Of a DNA stretch of 63,837 nucleotides, positions 29,964 to 38,862 are shown piece after piece (the stretch's first letter is position 1; each line of letters starts with the position of its first letter). The notes under the pieces were generated by a model. It ran no database searches. It was not told the DNA's origin and worked only from the letters and a program-made list of their open reading frames with translations. The translations under genes were made by a program, and so were the position numbers. This DNA is from an uncultured Flavobacteriales bacterium (GTDB taxonomy: Bacteria; Bacteroidota; Bacteroidia; Flavobacteriales_D; Parvicellaceae): NCBI GenBank assembly GCA_913064955.1, contig CAJYBK010000001.1, positions 1-63,837 on the forward strand, in the 5' to 3' direction.

Positions 29964-31225
29964 TGGAAATACAAACAGTAAAGCAAAGATTTGGCTTAAT
30001 AGGTAATGCACCAGCACTTAATAGAGCGTTGGAAGTGGCAATTAAAGTTGCTCCAACCGATATTTCCGTAATGGTGACAGGAGAAAGTGGTGTAGGTAAG
30101 GAAACAATCCCACAAATCATTCATCACTATAGTAATCGAAAGCACCATGAGTACATTGCTGTTAACTGTGGAGCGATTCCTGAAGGAACTATAGATAGCG
30201 AACTGTTTGGACACGAAAAAGGTGCGTTTACAGGAGCACAAGGAAGTAGAAAAGGATATTTTGAAGTAGCAGATGGTGGAACCATATTCTTGGATGAAGT
30301 AGCTGAGTTGCCTTTACAAACGCAAGTGAGGTTATTGAGAGTCTTGGAAACTGGTGAATTTATCAAGGTAGGTTCGTCCAAAGTGATAAAAACCGATGTA
30401 AGAATTATTGCTGCCACTAATGAAAAAATGGACAATGCAATTCGTAAAGGTAAGTTTAGAGAGGACCTTTTTTATAGACTGAGTACTGTGCCTATTACTT
30501 TGCCTCCATTAAGAGAAAGGCGTGACGATATACATCTTTTGTTTAGAAAATTTGCAGCAAGTTTTGCTGAGAAATATAGAATGCCAACTATTAGATTGGA
30601 TGAAAATGCAGTTCATGCATTAATGGCTTACAAATGGCCGGGTAATATTCGGCAGTTGAAGAATATCACAGAACAAATATCAGTAATTGAGCAAGAAAGA
30701 AATATTTCAAGAGATTTACTTTTAAAATATTTACCCTTCGAAGATTTGTCCAACTTACCTGCTGTAGTAAATGAAAATTCTACGGGCGGCATGGATGCAG
30801 CGGAAAAAGAAATGCTGTATAAAGTCCTTTTTGATATGAAAAAGGAAATGACCGATATGAAACGTGTCATCGTGGAGTTGATGGACGGAAATCATGAGTT
30901 TACAACTTCAGAAAGAAACGAGGTAATACAAAAGTTCTCACATCCAGAAACTGCTTCTACGACTAGCTCGGGTATAGTGCCGTCAAATCTTTCACGTGCA
31001 AATGATTTTAGATATGCTCCTAATGATGACAGCTATACTTATCAAGATCCAATTGAAGAACATATTGAAGTAGAGGAAAGTTTGTCTTTGGAAGAGAGAG
31101 AAAAGGAATTGATTATCAAAGCTTTGGACAAACACAATGGCAAGCGTAAATACGCGGCTAAAGAGCTTGGGATATCTGAAAGAACTTGATACAGAAAAAT
31201 AAAAGAATACGAGATACAGAAGTAA
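29963..31225 (+). CDS. Sigma54-interacting AAA+ regulator with Fis HTH; in-frame TGA at 31187-31189 truncates the HTH
   Basis: GESGVGKE, ELFGHEKGAFTGA and WPGNIRQL motifs. The frame continues past TGA as YRKIKEYEIQK to TAA at 31223-31225. Confidence 0.9.
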
Positions 31226-31773
31226 TGAGGAAACTACTATCCATATCATTAACTGTATCATTGTTACTTTCGTTTAGCCATTGTAAGCTTCCTAGTTTTA
31301 GTTTAAAGCCTGGCGGAAAAAGTAATCAGGAAATTCCAGGAAAATCTATTCAAGTCAATTTTTTAGAAAACAAAAGTAGCTTAGCGAGCTCTTCAGCAAG
31401 TATTCAATTAACTGAAGGAATGAGAGATATTGTGCTCACGCAATCTAAGAAAGAGTTAGTAGCAGAAAAAGGAGATAGGGTGATCGATAGTGTTATAAGT
31501 GATTATAGAATTGATCCCATCAGTATTCAGGCTGGTACTGATGTAGCGGCTCCGAATAGATTAACCATGACTGTTAAGTTTACTTGGGAATTTACTGGAG
31601 CATTAGACGAGAATAGTTCTAATACAGTAAAGGAAGGAAGTGAATCTGTATCTGCTTTTGTAGATTATGATAGTCAATCCAATTTCGCAAGTGTAGAAGG
31701 TGAGTTACTTACTGAATTGGTTAGACAACTTTCGCAAGATGTTTATGATCGAATTTTTGGTGGAAAATGGTAA
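31225..31773 (+). CDS. lptE: LptE-family lipoprotein
   Basis: Lipobox FSH-C; NRLTMTVKF motif; ends ...IFGGKW; conserved position after the sigma54 activator; TAATG overlap. Confidence 0.75.
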   Translation: MRKLLSISLTVSLLLSFSHCKLPSFSLKPGGKSNQEIPGKSIQVNFLENKSSLASSSASIQLTEGMRDIVLTQSKKELVAEKGDRVIDSVISDYRIDPISIQAGTDVAAPNRLTMTVKFTWEFTGALDENSSNTVKEGSESVSAFVDYDSQSNFASVEGELLTELVRQLSQDVYDRIFGGKW

Positions 31774-31799
31774 AAAAAGCCGGAGTAAACTCCGACTTT
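31773..31799. terminator. Probable terminator between convergent genes
   Basis: AAAGCCGGAGT-AA-ACTCCGACTTT hairpin with a flanking A tract. Confidence 0.6.
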
Positions 31800-31824
31800 C
31801 TAACTTAAACCAACAAGAAATATA

Positions 31825-32652
31825 TTAAATACCTCCGATTGTTACACCTAATGAAAATGGATAAACCTCCTGAGTTTTATTCTGTTCAAACATGGTAGTC
31901 AGGGAATATCTTCCATAAAGACCAATAGTATTATTTAGACGTAGTTTCACGATGGCATCCAATTTAAATGGGTTGACATTAAAGTCGTCTTTAATTTTAT
32001 TTTTAAACTTTACTTCTTTTACAAAAGCACGTTGCTTCACTACCGAAGAGATGTTGATCCCTCCAATTACGCCTGCTTCAATTGTAAAATGAGTATCCTC
32101 TGTATTTCCAATTCTAGCACCAATTGTGAAAGGCACCTCTAAGTAAGTTGTTCTAAGTTTATATTTGTCAAACTGTACTAAAGAATCGGAAATGAACATT
32201 GTAGTATCTGCACCAGTGGTGATACTTACACTTTTATCTTCAAAATGATAGTTATTCCATGTTACGCCAATTCCAGGAGAAATGAATAAGTGTTTTTTTG
32301 CAATGTCCAAACCATCCATTACTAAGTGCATGCTAAATGCTCTAGATCTATTTAGTTGTAATCCCATGTTTTGATATTCAGACGAAAATGTTGTAGTTCC
32401 AGAAGGCGTTAACCAACCATTCATGCCTAGTCCCATTTCCATCATTGCGCTGATAGATTTAGAATCTTCTTCTTCCTCCTCTTCCATATCAAAGTCAAAT
32501 TCAGAATCTTCTTCGCTATCCTCCCCAAAAATGATAGTCATGTTTCCAATTTTAATCTTAGTAGTGTCGTCAATTGCTACATCCGATTCTTGCTGTGCTA
32601 TACTCCCACCAATTATCATTAATGAGAATAGAAGTGTATATATTTTTTTCAT
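31825..32652 (-). CDS. Outer-membrane beta-barrel protein (PorT-like/porin family)
   Basis: Signal peptide, acidic linker, amphipathic strands, KL.T.YLEVP and LYGRYSLT motifs. Confidence 0.75.
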   Translation of the reverse strand: MKKIYTLLFSLMIIGGSIAQQESDVAIDDTTKIKIGNMTIIFGEDSEEDSEFDFDMEEEEEEDSKSISAMMEMGLGMNGWLTPSGTTTFSSEYQNMGLQLNRSRAFSMHLVMDGLDIAKKHLFISPGIGVTWNNYHFEDKSVSITTGADTTMFISDSLVQFDKYKLRTTYLEVPFTIGARIGNTEDTHFTIEAGVIGGINISSVVKQRAFVKEVKFKNKIKDDFNVNPFKLDAIVKLRLNNTIGLYGRYSLTTMFEQNKTQEVYPFSLGVTIGGI

Positions 32653-32778
32653 TTGCTAATTTTTTTAAATGTTTATTCTTACCGGTTTATCAGTAAGACG
32701 ACCAACTGCTAAATAAGTTACAATTAAAAAGCAACCTGAGTTGTTTTTCGTACGTCAATTAGGCAAAGAAACCATACT

Positions 32779-35178
32779 ATGAAATTTAATCTACTCTTCC
32801 TTTCTGTATTCTTGTCATTGTTTTGTAATGCACAATTAGTAATTAATGCTAATATAACTCCTACCAATTTGGTGCAAAACTATTTGGTAGGTTCAGGTGT
32901 TACGGTTTCAAATGTCACCTTCAATGGAATGCCAGGTACGGCTACAGATCCACAAATTGGATTTTTTAATGGAGTGAACACAAACCTTGCTATTGATTCT
33001 GGATTGGTAATGTCATCTGGTATGGTCAATGATGCGGTTGGCCCAAACAATACTGGAGGAATGGGTACTGATTTCTTTAATTCATCAGCTGATCCAGATT
33101 TAAATGCTATTTCATCCGTTTCAATAAATGATGCAGCAATTTTAGAATTTGATTTAGTCCCAGCTGGAGATACTATTAAGTTTAGTTATTCTTTTGCAAG
33201 TGAAGAGTATATGGAATACGTTGGTGGAGGAATTAATGATGCATTTGGTATCTTCCTTAGTGGAACAGGTATTACTGGGCCGTATTCCAATGGAGCAGTT
33301 AATATTGCATTGATTCCTGGTACTACTACACCTATTTCAATTGATAATGTAAACGCATTTACTAATGCGGCCTATTACATAGATAATGGAGATGGTTTTA
33401 CTGCACCTTATAACGGAAGTAATACTTACATACAATATGATGGAAGAACTGTAACTCTTACGGCAACTTATGTCGTTCAATGTGGTGGGAGTTATCACCT
33501 TAAATTTGCCATTGGAGATGGTGTTGATGGTATATTGGATTCAGGAGTTTTTATTGAGGCAGGAAGTTTGTCTTCTTCGGGAGTACAGGTTTCTCTAGAA
33601 ACACCCGTAGGATTCTTTTCAAATACACCAGGTGTGGTTTATGAAGATTGCGCAATAGGAAGTGATGTTGATTTTATTTTTGTAAGACCAGACAGTAACT
33701 CGAGTGATACCGTGTTTTTTGATATTGGAGGAAATGCAATCAATGGGAGTGACTATACTACCATACCAAATAACTATGTAGTCTTTAATAATTCAGATAC
33801 AGTAATACTTACAATAAGTGCCATAGGAGATGGTCTTGTGGAAGGCGTAGACACTTTGTGGATCGCTGTGCCAATTGCAAGTTCAGGACCTTGTTCTTTA
33901 TTGTTTGATACAACATATTTATACATTTCAGATCCTTACGATGTGATTCCTTATGCAGGTCCCGATAGTATCTATTATTGTGTAGGGCAAATTTTAGATT
34001 TCACAGGAAGTGTTAATGTTGGTGTTCCGCCATATAATTATTCCTGGAGTAATGGAGGTACAGGGACCAATGTAAGCTACACAATTACGCAACTAGGTTC
34101 TGATACGCTTATTCTAAATGCATCTGATGCATGTGGATTTGTTGGTGCGGATACAGTTTATTTCTTGCAACAAGCACCGCCACCTATTTTAGTGGACGCG
34201 GGGCCAGATTCTACCTTAACTTGTGTTGGCCAGTCTGTACAATTAACCGGTGCTGCAGGAGGTGGAGTCCCTACTTTAACCTTAGATTGGAATGTGGCAG
34301 ATCCTAGTTTGATCGTTCAGCCTTTGGTTACCACAACATATGTATTGACTGTTACTGATGGTTGTCTAAATGAGGCATCTGATTCGTTAACTATTGTCGT
34401 GCCGCCATATGTTCCTTTTGATTTAGTGCAATCTGATTCGGTTAACTATGTTACTTGTCTTGGTGATCCAGGACAGTTGTTTGGTTACCCTTTAAGTGGA
34501 GGAACTTCTCCGTACAACTATAGCTGGTCAACTGGAAGTACAGATAGTTTAATTAATGTAACAGTGATTTCAAATAATGCAAATTACATTCTCACCATTA
34601 TGGATGCTTGTGGATTGGACACAACTTTAAATTTTACGAATACTTCTAATCAAACGCCTATAAACTTTGATGTGTCTTCAGAAAGGCAATGTCGTAATGC
34701 AGACAGCACCGCTTCTTTAAAATATGTACTTAACGGAGGTGCTGCGCCATATCAAATCAATAATCTTAGTTTGCCTCCTGGTGTTCTAGGATATACAATA
34801 GACTCTGTGAGTAATACTATCTTAATTGACTATGCCCAAGCAGGAATCTATTCTTTTGAAGTGACCGACCAATGTGGGACAGTTGTTTCAGATAGTTCAA
34901 ACTTGCTTTTAAATACTTGTGCTATTACTACACCCAATGTTATCACGCCTAATGGTGATGGTCAAAATGATGAGTTAGTATTTGGCGGATTATCTTACCA
35001 TCCTAATTCAGAGTTGTACGTGTACAATAGATGGGGTGGACTAGTTTATTCTGATACTGACTACCAAAACAATTGGGACGGAGGAGGAATGTCCCCAGGA
35101 TTATATTATTATGTATTAATCTTAACTGATGGTTCTACACCAGGACAATTTAATGGACACATCAATATATTTTATTAA
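32779..35178 (+). CDS. Choice-of-anchor-L-like surface protein with T9SS type-B CTD
   Basis: N-terminal DAAILEFD...FASEEY...NDAFG...YDG...YHLKFAIGD..D..DSGVF; C-terminal PNVITPNGDGQND...YNRWG...WDG...YYY. Confidence 0.88.
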   Translation: MKFNLLFLSVFLSLFCNAQLVINANITPTNLVQNYLVGSGVTVSNVTFNGMPGTATDPQIGFFNGVNTNLAIDSGLVMSSGMVNDAVGPNNTGGMGTDFFNSSADPDLNAISSVSINDAAILEFDLVPAGDTIKFSYSFASEEYMEYVGGGINDAFGIFLSGTGITGPYSNGAVNIALIPGTTTPISIDNVNAFTNAAYYIDNGDGFTAPYNGSNTYIQYDGRTVTLTATYVVQCGGSYHLKFAIGDGVDGILDSGVFIEAGSLSSSGVQVSLETPVGFFSNTPGVVYEDCAIGSDVDFIFVRPDSNSSDTVFFDIGGNAINGSDYTTIPNNYVVFNNSDTVILTISAIGDGLVEGVDTLWIAVPIASSGPCSLLFDTTYLYISDPYDVIPYAGPDSIYYCVGQILDFTGSVNVGVPPYNYSWSNGGTGTNVSYTITQLGSDTLILNASDACGFVGADTVYFLQQAPPPILVDAGPDSTLTCVGQSVQLTGAAGGGVPTLTLDWNVADPSLIVQPLVTTTYVLTVTDGCLNEASDSLTIVVPPYVPFDLVQSDSVNYVTCLGDPGQLFGYPLSGGTSPYNYSWSTGSTDSLINVTVISNNANYILTIMDACGLDTTLNFTNTSNQTPINFDVSSERQCRNADSTASLKYVLNGGAAPYQINNLSLPPGVLGYTIDSVSNTILIDYAQAGIYSFEVTDQCGTVVSDSSNLLLNTCAITTPNVITPNGDGQNDELVFGGLSYHPNSELYVYNRWGGLVYSDTDYQNNWDGGGMSPGLYYYVLILTDGSTPGQFNGHINIFY

Positions 35179-35567
35179 TCTTTCTTCTTAATTATAGGAG
35201 TAAAACTTTTGATGACAATATATAGTCCAGTTCTGCTTTGCGCAAATTGTGGATTGTCATCTGGCACATCCCAAAGTCCGTCTATGATTTCTGCTTCTAC
35301 GGATATTTTCTTACCTAATTGTGCTTTTGCTTGGTCATATGAAATACTTGACGACATAAACTTAATGAAGTAGGTTTCGCCATTTTGAACTTTAAAATAA
35401 AGATCTTGAATAGTGTTTATTTCCTTACCTCCTTTGTTGGTGAAAGTTTTTTCTTCAATTGTTCCTAACATGATTTCGTTGTTTTGATTAACTTTTTTAA
35501 GGTTGGAACAACTAGTAAGAATTGCCAGCAACAAAAAAGTTGTAATAGTGAAGTTTCTAAGTTGCAT
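35175..35567 (-). CDS. Hypothetical lipoprotein
   Basis: Lipobox LTS-C; overlaps the SDR stop codon. Confidence 0.7.
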   Translation of the reverse strand: MQLRNFTITTFLLLAILTSCSNLKKVNQNNEIMLGTIEEKTFTNKGGKEINTIQDLYFKVQNGETYFIKFMSSSISYDQAKAQLGKKISVEAEIIDGLWDVPDDNPQFAQSRTGLYIVIKSFTPIIKKKD

Positions 35568-36345
35568 TTTGCTTTTTGATTATTTTATGAAACAAATTAG
35601 GGAAGAAGCGTTGAACTTTTAGTGACATCATTTCTTTCCCTCCGATATATATGTTTCTTTTGTTTTTTAGTACATCCTTTAGCATTCTCTTGGCACATTC
35701 TTCAGCAGTAATTCCTTTATCCTGGTTGTTGTCTAATTGATCGTGTTTCTCTCCTGAAGCATTCAAAGCATTTTGAGAAATATTAGTTTTAATAAACCCA
35801 GGAAATACCAAGTGAACTTGAATGTTGTTTTGTTCTTCTTCTAGTCTTAAACTTTCATAAAAACCAACTAAAGCAAATTTGCTTGCTGCATATGCACTCC
35901 TTAGATAAAATCCAAATTTACCAGAAAGACTACTTATAACGATTATGCTACCAGATTTTTGTTGGTGAAAAATAGGAAGCACTGTTTTTGTCAAAGCGAT
36001 ATTACCAAAGTAATTTACCTCCATCAATTTTCTATCTACTTCTAATGCTGTTTCGGATGCTTCACTTCTTTGGGAAATGCCGCCATTGTTTATCAAAAGG
36101 TCAATTCTACTGTATTTTGTGATGATTTGTTGAGCTAATTCTTCAAAGGATTCGCTTTGAGTTAAGTCAATAGGCAAGATTAGTGATTTTCCAATACACA
36201 ATTCTGCTACCTTTTCCAATTCTGACCTACGCCTGGCTGAAAGAATTACAATTGCCCCTTGCTTGGATAGTTGAATCGCAGTCGCTTTTCCTATGCCCGA
36301 ACTGGCTCCTGTGATCCAAACAACTTTATCCTTAAATGTATTCAC
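35557..36345 (-). CDS. SDR-family oxidoreductase
   Basis: TGASSGIG, NNGG and YAASK motifs. Confidence 0.94.
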   Translation of the reverse strand: MNTFKDKVVWITGASSGIGKATAIQLSKQGAIVILSARRRSELEKVAELCIGKSLILPIDLTQSESFEELAQQIITKYSRIDLLINNGGISQRSEASETALEVDRKLMEVNYFGNIALTKTVLPIFHQQKSGSIIVISSLSGKFGFYLRSAYAASKFALVGFYESLRLEEEQNNIQVHLVFPGFIKTNISQNALNASGEKHDQLDNNQDKGITAEECAKRMLKDVLKNKRNIYIGGKEMMSLKVQRFFPNLFHKIIKKQNAT

Positions 36346-36431
36346 CTTTTATTTATTATATCTGCGAAGATACGCAATTGAAATTTTTTAATTATTTTTT
36401 TCTTAATGTATGGGATTATAAAAATATCTTT

Positions 36432-36439
36432 TATATTTG
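36432..36439 (+). promoter_or_regulatory. Housekeeping -7 promoter element of tRNA-Phe
   Basis: TATATTTG, 16 nt upstream of the tRNA. Confidence 0.7.
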
Positions 36440-36455
36440 CACCCCAATTAAGGCT

Positions 36456-36528
<73 letters not shown>

Positions 36529-36532
36529 CAAT

Positions 36533-36562
36533 AAAAGAGGATGATTTATCATCCTCTTTTTT
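36533..36562 (+). terminator. Terminator after tRNA-Phe
   Basis: AAAAGAGGATGA-TTTA-TCATCCTCTTTT followed by T's. Confidence 0.85.
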
Positions 36563-36574
36563 GTTTTATATCAA

Positions 36575-36871
36575 ATGACAACTCATTATTTCTATATCAT
36601 TTACAGTGCACAAATTGACAAGTATTATCTTGGTGAGACCTCTGATTTGGAGAGCCGTATTATATATCATAATGAAAAAGCTGGTTCAAAAGGATATAGT
36701 AAAGCAGCAAATGACTGGAAGTATGTTTTACAATATAAATGTGAAAGTAAATTGATAGCCCAAAAGTTAGAGCGTTTTGTAAAAAGCCAAAAAAGTAGAC
36801 ATTTCAATTTGAGGATAATTGAAGATACTGAAATCCTAACAAATATCATAGAAACAAAATTGAAAGAATAG
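36575..36871 (+). CDS. Small GIY-YIG nuclease family protein
   Basis: FYIIYS...KYYLGET.DL..R...HN...W......A..LE..VK; the expected catalytic Y/R/E residues appear to be present. Confidence 0.9.
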   Translation: MTTHYFYIIYSAQIDKYYLGETSDLESRIIYHNEKAGSKGYSKAANDWKYVLQYKCESKLIAQKLERFVKSQKSRHFNLRIIEDTEILTNIIETKLKE

Positions 36872-36909
36872 TCACTAGTTCCTCCGCAGCTGCGGGGCTG
36901 GAGGCACCA
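36871..36909 (+). pseudogene. Degenerate tRNA 3' fragment with a palindrome at the T-loop position
   Basis: GTCACTAGTTC (9/11 identical to the tRNA's GTCCCTGGTTC) + CTCCGCAGCTGCGGGG + CTGGAGGCACCA. Confidence 0.7.
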
Positions 36910-36951
36910 CAATAAAAGGAGAGTAATTTATTACTCGCCTTTTATTGTTTT
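36909..36951 (+). terminator. Second terminator hairpin, structurally related to the first
   Basis: ACAATAAAAGGAGAGTAA-TTTA-TTACTCGCCTTTTATTGT. Confidence 0.75.
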
Positions 36952-37096
36952 CAATGTATTTGAAATTTAGTTTTACTTTTTCATTGAATGATTAGATCAC
37001 TCAATTGGTGACGAATTGTATTATTTTAGTTGTTAGGAGAACGAAAAAAGCCATACCCTTTTTTTGGACATGGCTTTAATATTTTTTGATTGAGAA

Positions 37097-38617
37097 TTAA
37101 CTCAGTTTAGAAATGCCTTCTTTAATTCTTTCTAATGTTTCTTCTTTACCAAGTAATTGAGCAATCTCAAACATAGATGGTCCCATTCCTTTTCCGGTAA
37201 CCGCCAATCTAAAATTAGGCAATACTGCGCCCATTCCTAATTCCTTCTCCTCTAAGAAAGACTTAAATGAAGTTTCGATGTTCTCACTTGACCAATCGCT
37301 GATAGATTCAAATTTAGCCGCTAATTCTGTCAAGATGGCCGGAGTTTCTTCTTTCCATTTTTTTCTAGCAGTCTTTTCATCAAACACAGTTGGTCTTCCA
37401 AAGAAATAATCTCCTTCAAGCATATCATCAATGAAAGAAGCTCTTTCCTTCATCATGTTAGCTACACCCGCCATATATGTTGGAGTGAAGTCGCCTTCCA
37501 CTTTTTTACCTAGCAAAGCACCTAACTCTTCGTTGCTTTTAGCGCGTAGATATTGTTGGTTAAACCATTTAGTTTTTTCTGGATCAAATTTAGCACCACT
37601 TTTACTTACTCTTTCCAAGGTGAAAGCATCCACCAGTTCTTCCAGACTAAAAATTTCTTGAGGAGTTCCAGGATTCCAGCCTAAGAAGGCTAGCATGTTG
37701 ATAAACGCTTCTGGAAAATAACCATTTTCCTTATAGCCGGATGAAATTTCACCTGAGTTTGGGTCTTTCCATTCCAATGGGAAAACTGGAAACCCTAATC
37801 TGTCTCCATCTCTTTTACTTAATTTTCCATTGCCATCAGGCTTCATTAATAAGGGTAAATGAGCAAAAAGCGGCATTTTATCTTCCCAGCCTAAATATCT
37901 GTATAACAAAACATGAAGTGGGGCAGAAGGTAGCCATTCTTCACCTCTAATAACGTGAGAAATTTCCATCATGTAATCATCCACAATGTTTGCCAAGTGA
38001 TAAGTTGGCATTCCATCAGATTTGTATAAAACTTTATCGTCAAGATTGTTAGTGTTTACCGTTACCCAACCTCTTATTTCGTCATGAAATCTCACATCCT
38101 CATTTCGAGGCATTTTGATTCTTATAGTAAACGGTTCACCAGCATCTAGTCTTGCTTTAACATCATCTTCAGAAAGTGAAACTGAGTTTTTTAAAGAGTT
38201 TCGAGTTATGCTATTGTATTGCCAATTCGGCATTTTTGCTTTTTTAGCAATTTCCCTCATTTCAGATAGTTCCTCCGAAGTATCAAAAGCATAATAAGCA
38301 TGACCATTCTCAACTAATTGAAAAGCATATTGAGTATAAATATCAGCGTCTTTTCTTTCTGATTGCTTGTAAGGACCATAGTCTCCACCAATTCCTTGGC
38401 CTTCATTAGGCATGATTCCACACCACTTTAGTGATTCAATGATATAGTCTTCAGCACCAGGTACAAATCTAGTTTGATCGGTGTCTTCTATTCTCAATAA
38501 AAAGTCACCACCATGTTTTTTGGCAAACAAATAATTGTACAATGCAGTTCTCACTCCTCCCATGTGAAGTGCTCCTGTTGGACTAGGGGCAAATCTTACT
38601 CTAACTTTTCTTTCCAT
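37097..38617 (-). CDS. gltX: Glutamate--tRNA ligase
   Basis: RFAPSPTG.LHMGG, RIEDTD and KLSKR motifs. Confidence 0.98.
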   Translation of the reverse strand: MERKVRVRFAPSPTGALHMGGVRTALYNYLFAKKHGGDFLLRIEDTDQTRFVPGAEDYIIESLKWCGIMPNEGQGIGGDYGPYKQSERKDADIYTQYAFQLVENGHAYYAFDTSEELSEMREIAKKAKMPNWQYNSITRNSLKNSVSLSEDDVKARLDAGEPFTIRIKMPRNEDVRFHDEIRGWVTVNTNNLDDKVLYKSDGMPTYHLANIVDDYMMEISHVIRGEEWLPSAPLHVLLYRYLGWEDKMPLFAHLPLLMKPDGNGKLSKRDGDRLGFPVFPLEWKDPNSGEISSGYKENGYFPEAFINMLAFLGWNPGTPQEIFSLEELVDAFTLERVSKSGAKFDPEKTKWFNQQYLRAKSNEELGALLGKKVEGDFTPTYMAGVANMMKERASFIDDMLEGDYFFGRPTVFDEKTARKKWKEETPAILTELAAKFESISDWSSENIETSFKSFLEEKELGMGAVLPNFRLAVTGKGMGPSMFEIAQLLGKEETLERIKEGISKLS

Positions 38618-38862
38618 TTTCTTTAACTTTGAAATAATAAAACATGCATTAACATTTGCTGTTTTAATTCTTGTGCGAAATTAACTATTCTATAATAATT
38701 AGAATAAGGTTTTATCTCATAATTTGGAAATTCAATTAAGAAGCGTCATTAGTAGGTTGTAAATGGTTTAAGAGGAGTGTATTGTTAGGTAGGCTTGATA
38801 CTTTTTGGAAGAGAGGTCGCCAGCTTTTACTAATGGTTGTTATATTTGTTGAAAATAATTAA

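Noticed and set aside
31187-31189. TGA as selenocysteine or as evidence of an alternative genetic code
   Set aside because: The position is a conserved Leu, not Cys, Trp or Gly. No SECIS-like hairpin is evident. TGA is a normal stop for pdxA (45989), the OmpA gene (52766) and mltD (61973).
31186-31224. TTG start at 31186 for lptE
   Set aside because: This region encodes the activator's HTH in another frame. ATG 31225 gives a proper lipoprotein signal.
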